Shown here: one piece after another, positions 1-11,955 of the stretch
Numbering within the stretch: the stretch's first letter is position 1
Layout of the letters: each line of letters opens with the position of its first letter
Assembly: GCA_951406725.2 (NCBI GenBank)
Contig: OX597828.1
Location: 57,412,001-57,476,000, forward strand
Direction of reading: 5' to 3'
Length of the DNA stretch: 64,000 nt
Source: Octopus vulgaris
Lineage: Eukaryota
Notes under the pieces: generated by a model
Told to the model about the DNA's origin: nothing
What the model saw: only the letters and a program-made list of their open reading frames with translations
Databases searched by the model: none
Program-made: the position numbers and the translations under genes

Positions 1-64
<64 letters not shown>

Positions 65-176
65 AAACGTCGGAGACAGAAAGGATTGAGAAGGAAAATT
101 GGGGAGATAGGGGAAAATAAAACGGAGAAGGAAATGATCGGAAGCGGATGATTTTATATATATCTACAAATGTGTG

Positions 177-215
<39 letters not shown>

Positions 216-218
216 CGA

Positions 219-449
219 CAGAGTTGGCCAAAAGTCACCCGATAGAAAATCAAAATTCCATAAATACTATTTGTATTTTGTGTATTGACTCTAATGGAAA
301 AATGTCTCTCTCAAGGACTTCAGTTCGAACGCTTTTTCTGATGTTACATATTTATAGGTTTTTATTAAATTCTTTCAGTTGTTAAACATAAATAAATATT
401 GGAATAAAATGGCTTTGATTTACTGTCTGGTGACTTTAGGCCAACCCTG
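219..449. mobile_element. Tc1/mariner-type MITE (~230 bp)
   Basis: Left end CAGAGTTGGCCAAAAGTCACCCGATAGAAAATCAAA matches the reverse complement of the right end (CAGGGTTGGCCTAAAGTCACCAGACAGTAAATCAAA). The right end is followed by TA and there is no coding capacity. Confidence 0.75.
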
Positions 450-1584
450 TATATATATATATATATATATATATACATACATATATACATTTGTATTTAT
501 GTTAAAAGTCATATTAAAATACAGATATACAATACATGAAATTATATATTATGTAAGAAATGTTTTGTTTATGTAATCGAAAATATTTTTAACTTCCTGC
601 GAATGTGTTCTGGCTGTCTCTGATTGTCACGTCGTGGTGGTTGATCTATGTCTGTAATAATTCTGTCAACTCTGCTGTACCTCTAGGTTCCACTCTATTC
701 TCTTAGTCCTACAGATCAAATACATCCAGGTTTTCAATTTGAACAGGGCGTATGATACCTCTCATACCGATAATATAGGCAAATGGGAACCATTGACGCC
801 AGTGACGTGACATCTCCAAGTATCATTATAAGTCTACGGTTTCAGGACGTTGTACCAGATGTCATTTTGGAGATGAACGAAGATGCATATGTCCATGGGA
901 AGTACTTTAGAATGGAGATAATATGGGCGATGAGAGGAAGAGATATAATTATGTATGAAGTGCCACAGAATATGTAAGATAAGACTTGCCAACACCGAAT
1001 CGCTAAAATCATTATGGAAACGGCAGATAGGAAAGATATTGGATATAGTTTAGGTATATCTTAGTAGCGTTCTCTACTAATATCATTACCGGTAACATAC
1101 TGAGCACACCACCCATGTATAAAATTATGTTAGAACAACACTCTTCGCACATCATCGTTAGTCTATAAATAAGATATTTACCTAATTTCTTCGGTATATT
1201 GTAGATGTTGAACCCTTATTTTTTGCATAATAATTTCAAAGCAAAATTAAGAGAATTAAAGAAAATACTGCAGACAATATGTTGTGTCATTACTATAAAA
1301 AATTTAAACGACAGCAAAGAAAGAAATTTAAGAAAAAAAGCAAGTCATGAAATTCTGATACTAACCATATATTGAAATCAAAGTGAATTCAGATTTTTCT
1401 GTGCACTGTAGACACACAATAGCTACACAGAGTGATATTCTTAAAAAACTGGAAGGTTATATATGAACGTGTGGGTGACGCACACCCCAATATGCTAATG
1501 AATATGTATACGTATATATGTGTGTGAGTGTTTGTGTATGTGGGCTCGCGCGTTTGTGTGTGTACTTATATAGATATAAGGGTG

Positions 1585-1652
<68 letters not shown>

Positions 1653-1680
1653 TGCATACACATATATAAGTGTCATTTAT

Positions 1681-1723
<43 letters not shown>

Positions 1724-2002
1724 GTATATTATATTTTTGTGTATGTGTTAGTCATATGAATATTATATTCAAAGCATGTAATTGAAAGACACTCTCTGTG
1801 AAGTTGCCAACATGCAATAAATTGAACACAAACAATAGCGTAAGTAAAAGTTGATATAGTCAGCTTCTTTTCATTTTCAAAGTCAGTTCCGCCTATATTG
1901 ACTGAAAAATATGTTGTGCGTATGTGTGTGTTTGTTTGTATGTATGCGTATGTGTGTGCATGTGCGTGTGTATGTGTGCGTGTGTGCATGGTTGCGATTG
2001 TG

Positions 2003-2143
2003 GTTGCGTGGTAAGGAACTTGCTTTCGGCTTCAGCCCCGCTGCGTGGCATTCTGTGCAAATGTCTTCTGCGATACCCACGTTCCGAGCAAGGTCTTGTG
2101 AGTGGATTTGGTAGACTGAAACTGACAGAAGATCCTCGTATAG

Positions 2144-2231
<88 letters not shown>

Positions 2232-2349
2232 GAAATTGAAACCGATAGAATAAATAAGATGTCTTGGATTTTATTTGTTCGACTAAGACTATTCTAGGCG
2301 GTGCTGCAGCATGGCAGCTCTCAAATCACTGAATGAAGGAAAATAAGAA
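2003..2349 (+). mobile_element. tRNA-derived SINE family A copy with internal (GATA)n
   Basis: Head ggtaaggaacttgc...caaggtcttgtgagtggatttggtagactgaaactgacagaag and tail cgactaa...ggcggtgctgcagcatggc are shared with copies at 19783, 34888, 39345, 44040, 53528 and 58425. Confidence 0.75.
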
Positions 2350-2350
2350 C

Positions 2351-2399
<49 letters not shown>

Positions 2400-2409
2400 C
2401 ATGTTTATA

Positions 2410-2729
2410 TATTTGTTGTGCAAGATTTTTTATGTGAAGTCGTGTGTTGAAACAGATATTGTTGTATTTAGGAATGGTCATTTTGCCAGTTTAGCCAATA
2501 AAAACACACGCACTATATATTTGGTGTTACTTTGCTTCAGTGTTATTTATTTTTTACATTAATCTTAATCTTATTTCGGCCAGAGTTCTTTCGTCACGCT
2601 CCTGTGACCGCATCAGTGGTCCTTTGTTTTCTTCTTTCTTATTTGTGTCTCTCCTTACTAACCGTCAGCCATTTTGTATTTCCATTGTATGTCTTCATTT
2701 GCGCATGCTTATATCTCTATGTGCGTCAT
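2410..2729 (-). mobile_element. TA-embedded non-autonomous repeat, Penelope pLTR-like, with a hammerhead-like motif
   Basis: Near-identical to 57757-57968 and 62903-63348. The minus strand at 2578-2622 reads GGACCA CTGATGCG GTCAC-AGGAGC-GTGAC GAAA GAAC TC TGGCC. Confidence 0.6.
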
Positions 2730-3285
2730 AGATGTCTTGGATTTTATTTATTCGACTAAGACTCTTCTCGGCGGTGCTGCAGCATGGCAGCTCTCAAATC
2801 ACTGAATGAAGGAAAATAAGAATATATATATATATATACATATATAAACACACACACAAACACGCACACACGCAGACACACACACAACATACATATATGG
2901 GATCGCGTGGCGTCTACTCTGGGATAGACTGGTGTTCAGTTAAGTGGGAATGTGGGGCTGCTCGCCTCGCCAAGTAACTGACATTATTCAAAGGATTTGT
3001 GTTCATCGACATATAACAAGATTATCGTAATATGCGAGGCTGGTGCCTGAATGTTCCTAGCTTCAAGCTATCACGAAAGGTTAGAATTGTTACATTTACG
3101 GTGGTAGTAGTGTAACTATTCAGGTAAAAATATGCAAAAGAAGATCATCATGGTATACTAAAACCGCTTTGATTTTAGAAGAGTCAACGCATGGAGGTAG
3201 TTCTTACAATGAATTTTGGTAAAAATCGATGCACAGGGAGTCATGAAGTTCCGCTTTTTGCAAGACAAACGAGCGGCGGAAACCC

Positions 3286-3690
3286 ATGGAGATAGGAAAG
3301 AAGCCTTACTCCACATTGAAAATCAAGGTGTCAAGGTTTCGGGCTGATCATTTTGAGATCTTAGATCTCAAAGTAACCAGTCAAGACGGCCAACATCGGC
3401 GACCACAAAAGACAAACAACGAGTTGTTCACGACACGATACTCGAGGACCGAGTATCATGACCGAGTAGTTGATAATCTGCGGATTTCCCGCGATAGAGT
3501 TGGTCACATCATCCACATTCTGGACATGAGAAAGCATTCCGCAAAATGCAGAAGAGAAATGCATCAAAATGACGGCATTAAATGTGTTTTGCGACCGGTT
3601 TGCTGCGGTAGAGCCTCATTTTATGGCTCCTTTAGTCGCTATGCATAAATCTTGGCTTCATTATTCTGTTCCACAAACAAAGCAGCAATA
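3286..3690 (+). mobile_element. Degenerate mariner transposase fragment
   Basis: Translations include PYSTLKIKVSRFR and LRISRDRVGHIIHILDMRKHSAK (resembles GISKERVGHILHEHLGMRKLSARWVP), then SWLHYSVPQTKQQ (resembles DETWIHHYTPETKQQS), with stops and frameshifts. Confidence 0.75.
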
Positions 3691-5149
3691 ATGTACTTTA
3701 ATAATCACCAAATCTATAATCATTCATTGTGTAAATACATTTTTGAGAGGGACTTCCTCTATAAAACTCGGAGTACAATCGTATCACAGTCAGGTTCCAC
3801 TTAGGAAATTATATCAACAGCAGCAGCATTTGCTTCCTTTCTCTAATCATGCACTTCCTCCTCCACCTCCACCGTCTCCATCGCTCCTCATGCTCTTTCT
3901 TCTACACCCTCTTCTCCTCCTCCTCCTCCTCCTCATCATCATCATCACCATCACTAACACAATTCCTCAGCATCTGCATCTTTGTCTTTGTCGTCATCAT
4001 CGTGGCTGTTGGCGTCAATCGTAATTTTGATTTACATACAGATATTTAATAAGACATAGAAACAGCAATTTTTGAAATCAGTCTTTATTCGATAAAGTAA
4101 TTTTATTATGGAAAACACGGACAAGTGAATAAGCTTTATTCCAAATTGTGTATAAACATCTAGATTTCATTGTGCTACAGAATCACAACATTTTACAATA
4201 GTTTGTGTTATAATAATATACATGTATTTGACTTCATATATAAAAATAATACTCGCTGTATACAGTATAATGAGAGACATTTAAATATGTGAATAGTGTG
4301 AACGATTATTGCTTTCTGACATTGCAGAACTGCTCTTCATTGTTTCTGATCCCTATTTAAGAGGGAGTTGGTTTTATTCATAGTCATAGAGTCCCATTAC
4401 TCATTTAAATATTAAAATTGTTACGTACGATGATAAAACTTCTTCTTTCATAAATGTATTTTACTTAGTGAACATAGCGCTGATACATCGATATTCCAGT
4501 GTTTCTAGTCATTGGATCAGTGGTTTGTTATCTAACAGGTTTATTTATTTTAGATAACGTCCTAAGTTTCATGCAATAATCTTTGATGGATACACTTACT
4601 AGAAAATGACCTCACACGCATTAAAATTCGTAAACCTTTAGTTTCAGAACTGATGTTTGCATTGTTACAATTTTACATATTAATCTCAACATGAAGTCTT
4701 GTGCTTATTCTCTATTCAGTAAAGAAATTCTGTACATGTTATCCGGTAACTGTTAATGCTCTAGTCGCTCCGCAAATATTAGGAAAGCAATTGATAATAT
4801 GAGTTAAAGGCTTATAAGTATATTTGTGTTAAATAACTATTTATCATTACAGTACAGCTATAGAATGAGGCTCTATTATGAGATCTTTCACGGACATAAA
4901 AAGAAAAAAATATAACCCTATGCAAACTACTAAATGTTTTACCGTAACGAAGTATGAAAATTATTTCGTACAAAGAAGAGGCGGCTCGGCAGGGGTGAAA
5001 CTATTGGTAGCTGAGATTAACGTTGATCGCTAACGTTGATCTGATTTGATGAGATGCTCACCGTGGAAGCGGTTAGGCAGAACGGCGGGCTTCATGCATG
5101 TAATGTAGGAGACTAGCACGAAGGTAGCAGGTGTCAGTTACGGCGTCAG

Positions 5150-5722
5150 AAACCACCTTCAGTCATGGTATTGGATGAAATTGCATCTGATGGGTCCAAG
5201 TCACACTTGATCTCCATTGATGCAGATGTCAAGATCAACAGTGAAGTTTATGTGGAACTGTTGGATGAGAAAGTGTTGCCCTGGGTCACAGAAAACTTTG
5301 GTGACCGTTACATATTTACTCAAGACCGGACTCCAGCTCAAGCATCCAATTTGATACAGAGGTACTGCGAAGAACATTTCAACGGGATTTTAGAGACAAG
5401 ACACTAAGGCCTCCCTCAATCCCATGAACTTTGCTATTTAGTATTTCTGTTCGCTCCTATCCAAATGTATCATATCTGAAGAAAGCCCTTCTGCCTTCAT
5501 GAGTTAATGTGGATGAAGTGGTTATGCGGCGCTCATGCAACTCAGGGACCACTAATTTGAAGGCTATGATCAAGACGAAAGGTTATCATTTTGAGATGCA
5601 ATTACTGCAATTAATTGACCATTTAACATAGAACGTGTGTGCTGAATTTCATTACCCTACATTAAGTGTATTTTGAATAATTAAGAAATATCAATGGGTA
5701 AATCTTTCTTGGACACCCTGTA
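5150..5722 (+). mobile_element. Tc1/mariner (maT/DD37D-like) transposase 3' remnant with right TIR
   Basis: Translates as VMVLDEIASDGSKSHLISIDADVKINSEVYVELLDEKVLPWV...FTQDRTPAQ, then a decayed PP..NPMNFAI motif. It ends ...ttggacaccctg|TA (CAGGGTGTCC TIR plus TA). No left TIR found. Confidence 0.75.
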
Positions 5723-6121
5723 GATACAGAAAATATCAGTCAAATTAATATAACCGAAATTGCATGATAACACAACGTTATGAAGGCAAAGCAAAATTGC
5801 TTAAATACAAAGTGAACTAAAAATAATATCTCTGGTAGACGAACGCATACAAAAACAACATAAAATATTCTGAAAAAAGCTAGTTTGGTATTCTTCTAGT
5901 GACGTCAGTGGATAACGAAAGACAACAATATAATCATATGACGTGTACGTTGCTAGAAACGTAAGGGTTTCCACGTAGCGACAATTACATGTCTATATAT
6001 TTAATATGCTAAAGAGTTTTAGAAAGATTTCCAGTATTTATTTGAAGGTGAGAGACATATATCTAAAAGTTGTGAATGGCGCATCATATCAGAAAATATT
6101 CCTTGATTCAGTGTTTTTATC

Positions 6122-6168
<47 letters not shown>

Positions 6169-6239
6169 TTACTTAGTATTAACATAATCAATTTTTGTTG
6201 TTTTTGGTCCTCAAAATTATAAAAAACTGTAGACTTATA

Positions 6240-6267
6240 ATTATTATTAATATTATTATTATTATTA

Positions 6268-6353
<86 letters not shown>
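6240..6353. repeat. (TTA/TAA)n microsatellite at the 3' end of the RLE retrotransposon
   Basis: Directly visible. Confidence 0.95.
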
Positions 6354-6354
<1 letters not shown>

Positions 6355-7737
6355 TATGTTTGACTTTTGCTTTATATTTGTACAAGTTGGGTCCAAGTCT
6401 CACCCAGAGACCTCAAGAGACAACAGGGTTGGAGGTTCATGTTGTTGTTATGCCTAGTGTGCCATATATTTGGGGGGGGGGTGTTGTACTAATGAATGTC
6501 TAAAAAAAGTTGTTGTTTTTTTTAAACCGAAAATTATGTTTGTTTTAAACCTTGAGATTACATAGAAAGTATTTTGCGTAGGATATGAGCAGTTCCCATG
6601 AGCACTATCTTTTGAATTTCTGCCATTTTGGGGTTTCCTGGTATCTGAGTTAGGTAGCTACCAGCCCCTTTTGCTATCATTCCCAGGGCACCTATGACAA
6701 CAGGTATTGTTTTAGTCTTCAGGTTCCACATTTTGCTGATTTCTATTTCAAGATCTTTATATTTGCTCAGTTTTTGGTAGGTCTTGACAGATACGTTTAT
6801 ATCGATTGAGACAGTCATATCAATGAGAAGGCATGTTCTTTGTTTGAAGTCTTTCAATATGATGTCTGGCCTATTTGCATCTATCTTTCTGTCAGTTTGA
6901 ATGGTGAAGTTCCAGAGGAGTGAGATGTGGTCAATTTCAAGACTGGTGGTGGTTTGTGTTCCCACCAGTTTTTTTCATGGGGCAAATCCAGGTTTTTGCA
7001 GATTACCCAGTGAATATATTGTGCAGCTCTATCGTGCCTGTTGAGATACTCTGTAGGCGCTAGAAGACTGCACTTGGAGACCACATGGTCAATGGTTTCA
7101 TTTTGTTGCTTGCATACACGACACGTTGGACTGCTTCTGATCTTTAATATGTTGGCCTGGTAGTTTCTTGTTGGTAGGCATTGATCTTGAGCTACTATGA
7201 TTAACCCCTCTGTTTCAGATTTTAAGCCAGAGGCCATTAGCCATTGATGGGTCAGGGCTTTGTCAACATCTGCATTATTTGCTCTCTTTGGGTATTTGCC
7301 ATAGAGAGGTTTTTCTTGCCATTTATTATTCAGAATATCTAAGGTCGCAGATTTAGCACGGGTTTTCATGCGCTTAGTTTTTCTGTGCCTGTTTCTTGTA
7401 TGTCTATCTCTAATTCCGAAATTTGTTGTATTCGGAATTCACTTAGATATTCCTTTGCCTGTTTTGTTACTGAGTATGATGCTTTCTTGTTTTCATGTTT
7501 TGAGACAAGTTTTAACATCCAGTCCTCAGAGTTTTTCAGGTAGGTGTCTAGGCCAATTGTAGCAATCTTCATTGTTATTGCCAGTTGTAAAAGTCCACGG
7601 CCTCCCTCTTTTCTTGGCAGATAAAGTCGTTCTGTATCTGCCTTAGGGTGGTGCATTCTATGCATTGTCAACAGTTTTCGTATTTTTCTCTCAAGATTAC
7701 ATATTTCAGTAATTGACCAGTTAACGATATTGAAACT
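6354..7737 (-). mobile_element. 5'-truncated R4/Dong-like non-LTR retrotransposon (thumb region, CCHC knuckle, restriction-like endonuclease), two frameshifts
   Basis: Motifs HHPKADTERLYLPRKEGGRGL, CRVCKQQNETIDHVVSKC, RHD and RPDIILKD...LIDMTV...KLSKYKDL...PVVIGALG are spread over ORFs 7366-7671, 6881-7369 and 6558-6965. The 3' UTR is 6354-6557. Confidence 0.92.
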
Positions 7738-7749
7738 TTATTATTATTA

Positions 7750-7799
<50 letters not shown>

Positions 7800-7908
7800 G
7801 TTGTTATTATTATTATCATCATCATCATCATCATCATGATCATCATCACTTCATCATCATCATCATCCTCATCATCATCATCATCGTCATCATCATCATC
7901 ATCATCAT
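7738..7908. repeat. (TTA)n then (TCA)n microsatellite at the 5' junction of the RLE element
   Basis: Directly visible. Confidence 0.95.
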
Positions 7909-7962
7909 CTGAAACCATAGCCATGTGGTTGGAAAGCAATATTCTTACCACACAGTCATGCC

Positions 7963-8031
<69 letters not shown>

Positions 8032-8658
8032 GTATATATATATGTACCGAAGAGATTATGTAAAATGTCATACGGTGTAAAGCTAAACTCAAAAGACGTT
8101 AAAACACTCTTATTTTCTGTCACTTATTTCGTTACAATATTAACTATGTTTCAATGCTCACTTTCATTTACCGAATATGAATTTGTTACCTGATTGTATA
8201 CTTCGACGCATCCTCATATGCTTGCATTTCATATAATACCACGTAACCTTAGATATATAATTCATAAATGTCGCTGTTTACAGTTGAATCTTTTACGGCA
8301 TTAATTTTACGAAATTAATTGCTGACCAAATTACAATTATGAAAGTTTGATAATCTCATGCTTGAAATTAAAATCCAGTTTTTTTTTGCAAAAACAATAA
8401 CTCCTTTCATTGCTAATTTGTTCAAATACACGGGAGCATAAAAATGGCACATGTAATTATTTAATATCAATTAGATATCTCTATTAGCGATCGGTACTAA
8501 TTTTAAGAAGTACAAGGCAAATTCTATAAATATTTCGATAACACTGAAACTCCGTCGTGATCATAGAATGTCCAAGGAAATATATAGGATATATGAAAAA
8601 TAACAAGATAAAAATTATTTGTAAATTAACAGACACGGCATAAATATTGTTGGTCTTG

Positions 8659-9837
8659 TTAGTCAAGCGGTGTAAATAACAAACCTAAAAACAATATTGA
8701 AATTATAACCAATAATACGATGGAAATTTTTAGAAATATGTCATCCAGTCTTACGTGATCGGAAATACAGTTTCTCTTTATCTTACTTTGAAGTTCATTA
8801 TCATTAAGAGTTTGCGATTTTACCGTGGAAATTAATGAAGCATCTGCCACTTTGTTATTTTGAGTTTTGTTTTTATTTTCTTGAGATGATTGATTAACAT
8901 GCAACTTGCTTATAACCACAGATCCAAGTGTGACGATACCACTAAACATTGACAATAACATCAAATATAACATGAAAAGTGAAGGATATTTCGAATTTTT
9001 TGGTGTATTCTTATCGATTTGAACAAGATACAAGACGTTTGATAAAAATATTGTCATTGCTAGAGAAACTTTCTCCCCTGATTCAGGAGGCAGAAGAAAA
9101 ACAAAAAGAGTTAAAATAGTCATCATTACTGTCGGAATCAACATAGCTACGATTCCTATGGTGATTTTACGATGTAACTGTATTACCACTGATGCGTGAC
9201 TGATTTGATCGTTTGTGACACTTGCTTCACCATAGAAATGAATATCCCACTTGTAGCTTTCTGTAATATTCATATTCTTGTATTTAACATATTTAAATCG
9301 TGTTTCGTCGGGATAATGTAAAGCAACACAAATGTTTATTTCACATTCATGGCCATCAAATGGATACGTGTATGCGTTCACTAGGCAATATGTCTCCATG
9401 TACTTAAGGGACCACAACTCCACTGTTCCGTCAGAGTGAACGATTACTTCGCGATTGATATCGCTATTATCTTCCTCATTGATTGAATTACACATCATCA
9501 GAGATGGCGTCCATATTTGATTTTTTGGTATATACATATGACTAATGTTGTTATATTCCAATGGATCCCAGGTCAGATATTCATCAGTCCACCATGGGTT
9601 GAACACATACCGAGCAATCAGTACGTTATTTACGAAGTCCAAATCATACAGCGTGTGAAGATTCAACTCAGCATTTATCTCAACAGGTGTAGACAGATTA
9701 GTAACAGGTCTTATATCTTTTGTATAATTCAAAAGCAATGTTTTTTTCAATCGTTCTTCATCCTCGTGCGTTGGGTTGGAATTTACTATCAATATCATTA
9801 AACTCAAGCTAAAAGTCAAATATTTCATGAGCTTCAT
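8659..9837 (-). CDS. Single-exon Cys-loop ligand-gated cation channel subunit: atypical nAChR-like, cephalopod chemotactile receptor (CR) family, 392 aa from the first ATG
   Basis: Uninterrupted ORF (track start 9855 is TTG, first ATG at 9837, TAA at 8659-8661). It has a signal peptide, RPV, W-D-L-WDP and IWTP motifs, the Cys-loop CLVNAYTYPFDGHEC (C-x13-C), four TM helices and M1-M2 linker LPPESGEKVSL. There is no vicinal CC in loop C. Confidence 0.93.
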   Translation of the reverse strand: MKLMKYLTFSLSLMILIVNSNPTHEDEERLKKTLLLNYTKDIRPVTNLSTPVEINAELNLHTLYDLDFVNNVLIARYVFNPWWTDEYLTWDPLEYNNISHMYIPKNQIWTPSLMMCNSINEEDNSDINREVIVHSDGTVELWSLKYMETYCLVNAYTYPFDGHECEINICVALHYPDETRFKYVKYKNMNITESYKWDIHFYGEASVTNDQISHASVVIQLHRKITIGIVAMLIPTVMMTILTLFVFLLPPESGEKVSLAMTIFLSNVLYLVQIDKNTPKNSKYPSLFMLYLMLLSMFSGIVTLGSVVISKLHVNQSSQENKNKTQNNKVADASLISTVKSQTLNDNELQSKIKRNCISDHVRLDDIFLKISIVLLVIISILFLGLLFTPLD

Positions 9838-10624
9838 TTTCTGTAATATCTTCAAGAGTTAAATATTGGTATATACTTGTGTTAACGGTTCCTAGTAAAT
9901 ATTGACTTGTATCAATTTTGTAACCCTTTTTCTACACTAAATAACTGTTGTACATGTTATTATTGATACAACAAAATAAGATATATAGAGTTTTCGAGAA
10001 CACGGCAGATTTATAGAATGCATCAAATACACAAATCTCACTTTATAGGCACTATATAAACAACGAGTTATAGTACAATGCAGTGTATTTATTTTTAAAT
10101 GAGTTGTGAAATGTTTAATACTGCATGAAGATGTTATTTCTTTTGTCTGGTTAAATTGATTATTAAAATAAGATGTAAATAAGAATATTAATGTTCCACT
10201 TGAAGAGACAGGGATATTTAATCATTTAATTATATATATTTCAATCAATGTTCTGATAGAAGTATTTATGTAAGTCAGCTTTTATACTTATAAGGCTGCG
10301 AATTCGAATATATATCGGGTGTTATAACCCCGTTCACATAGCAATATCACATGGAAAAATTGAAGAGATTATTTGGTGCCAAACATGTTCGTGGTAACGA
10401 GGTGACTCGACAATCTGAAATAAATAAAAGTAGGTAGATAAACATGCAAATCAATGCTTGAAAATCCATTATCATTTACTAACGTTTCAGCTACATAAAC
10501 AAGGCAACAAAGGTACTTACAGCAAGATATGCAGAGGAATAACAGCTTAAATTTCGTTGAACGTTTTCATGCCATTGAAAAAAAAACTATCATCTTCAAG
10601 TACCTATTTTTTTTTACATTGATT

Positions 10625-11955
10625 ACCGTGTGAAACACAATCTTTTTAACCCTTGTTTTAGATTAACGTTTGCTCTTGATTCTGTATTCAAAATGACCTT
10701 AGGTTTTCCGTATAACATTAACCTTTCGAGGATTCCTTTGCTTTGCTTGAAAAACCATAAATATACGGCATCTAACAATAACATTTTGCTTAATTGTAAT
10801 ATTTGTGCAAATTTATTCTTTCCATAGTAAAGATATTGTTACAGTAATATAAATTGTGGGCAACTACTTATATAAAAATTTGCTCTCATAACCTTTCCTA
10901 GTGTTCAATCTGTGGACAATTTTGGTTATGTTCCAACAATTGTCACTCATATTATTTACATCCATTCTACCAAGATACTATTCCTCCATGACTTTCAAGT
11001 ATTGGCAGAAGCTTTCACCCTGCTCATCGCTGACCTTACCGAGGTTTCTGGGAAGTGAGCAAGATGGCTACGCAGAAAATGAAAACTTCGTGCTCATGCA
11101 ATAACGGAGTGTGTTGTAGCTCCCTGGTGGTATCTCAGCAATTTCGGTGTAATTCTTTGCTCGTGTATTTCTAAGAAAATTATTAACAAAGTCTTTTCGA
11201 ATTCTCACATTGTCTCACTAAAATATCTTTGATAAGCTGTCGAATCTATGGACCATCAATCAAATTGACTTTGTGGGGGTCTTTCAATTGACAGGCCAGG
11301 ATATGACAAAGTGGGATAATTGAAACACCCGCCTTCAGTCGGAAATGTTTTAATGAACCGTTTCATGAAGTCCCGTTTCATGTTCAGAGGATAAGAATAT
11401 AATTTTCTTTATATCAATCTGTCTCTTGTAGAATATGGGGATCACCAGTTTTGAGGTTAGATCTTCGAGGCCAACTCTTCTTCTGCACCCAATGTTTTTT
11501 TACCGATCTCTGCTGTCACACATGTATAGGAACTAGGGATACTTGGTGTGTCCCAGTTGCTGACCGAGAAGGCAACATAGTATTTTAAGGTCAGCACAGA
11601 TGATCCAGTTCTGTTTGTGGTAATGCAACAAGTCAATGACTCTACTCTCTTTATGTCACCATACATTCACGAAAGCAAACTGACTGCTCCATTGGGACTC
11701 TATCATATAAGTTGTCATTGTGAGGAGGAAAAACTCTAATCTCTGATTTCAGATATCAAAAATCAGTCGCCATTCAGGTGAGTTGTAGAATAGAATTCCT
11801 ATTTTTCTCCAGTTAACATTGTATGTTATGGCAGCACACAAAGCCACAGTTACTATGAAACTACTGCAGAAAGTCATTTTCTCCCGATCGAAACTAGGAT
11901 AACTCCACTCCTTTTTTCAAGGAAATCTATTTTGTTCAGTCTTGATACTAGAATG
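10625..11955 (-). mobile_element. Degenerate DNA transposase, Chapaev3-like (CMC group)
   Basis: Manual minus-strand translation gives FRSGENDFLQ*FHSNCGFVCCHNI, YNSPEWRLIFD, NWIICADLKILCCLLGQQLGHTKYP*FLYMCDSR, PLNMKRDFMKRFIK (resembles PLHIKLGLMKQFVK) and NLGKVSDEQGESFCQYLKVMEE*YLGRMDVNNMSDNCW (resembles VSDEHGERFHQDI..MEKRYQG.W...ADYCW). Confidence 0.8.

Noticed and set aside
783-977. 64-aa non-repetitive ORF
   Set aside because: No recognisable domain, no convincing splice context, and a length within chance expectation.
9838-9855. ORF-track start of the receptor at 9855
   Set aside because: It is a TTG codon. The eukaryotic start is more plausibly the ATG at 9837 (or 9828), which precedes the signal peptide.
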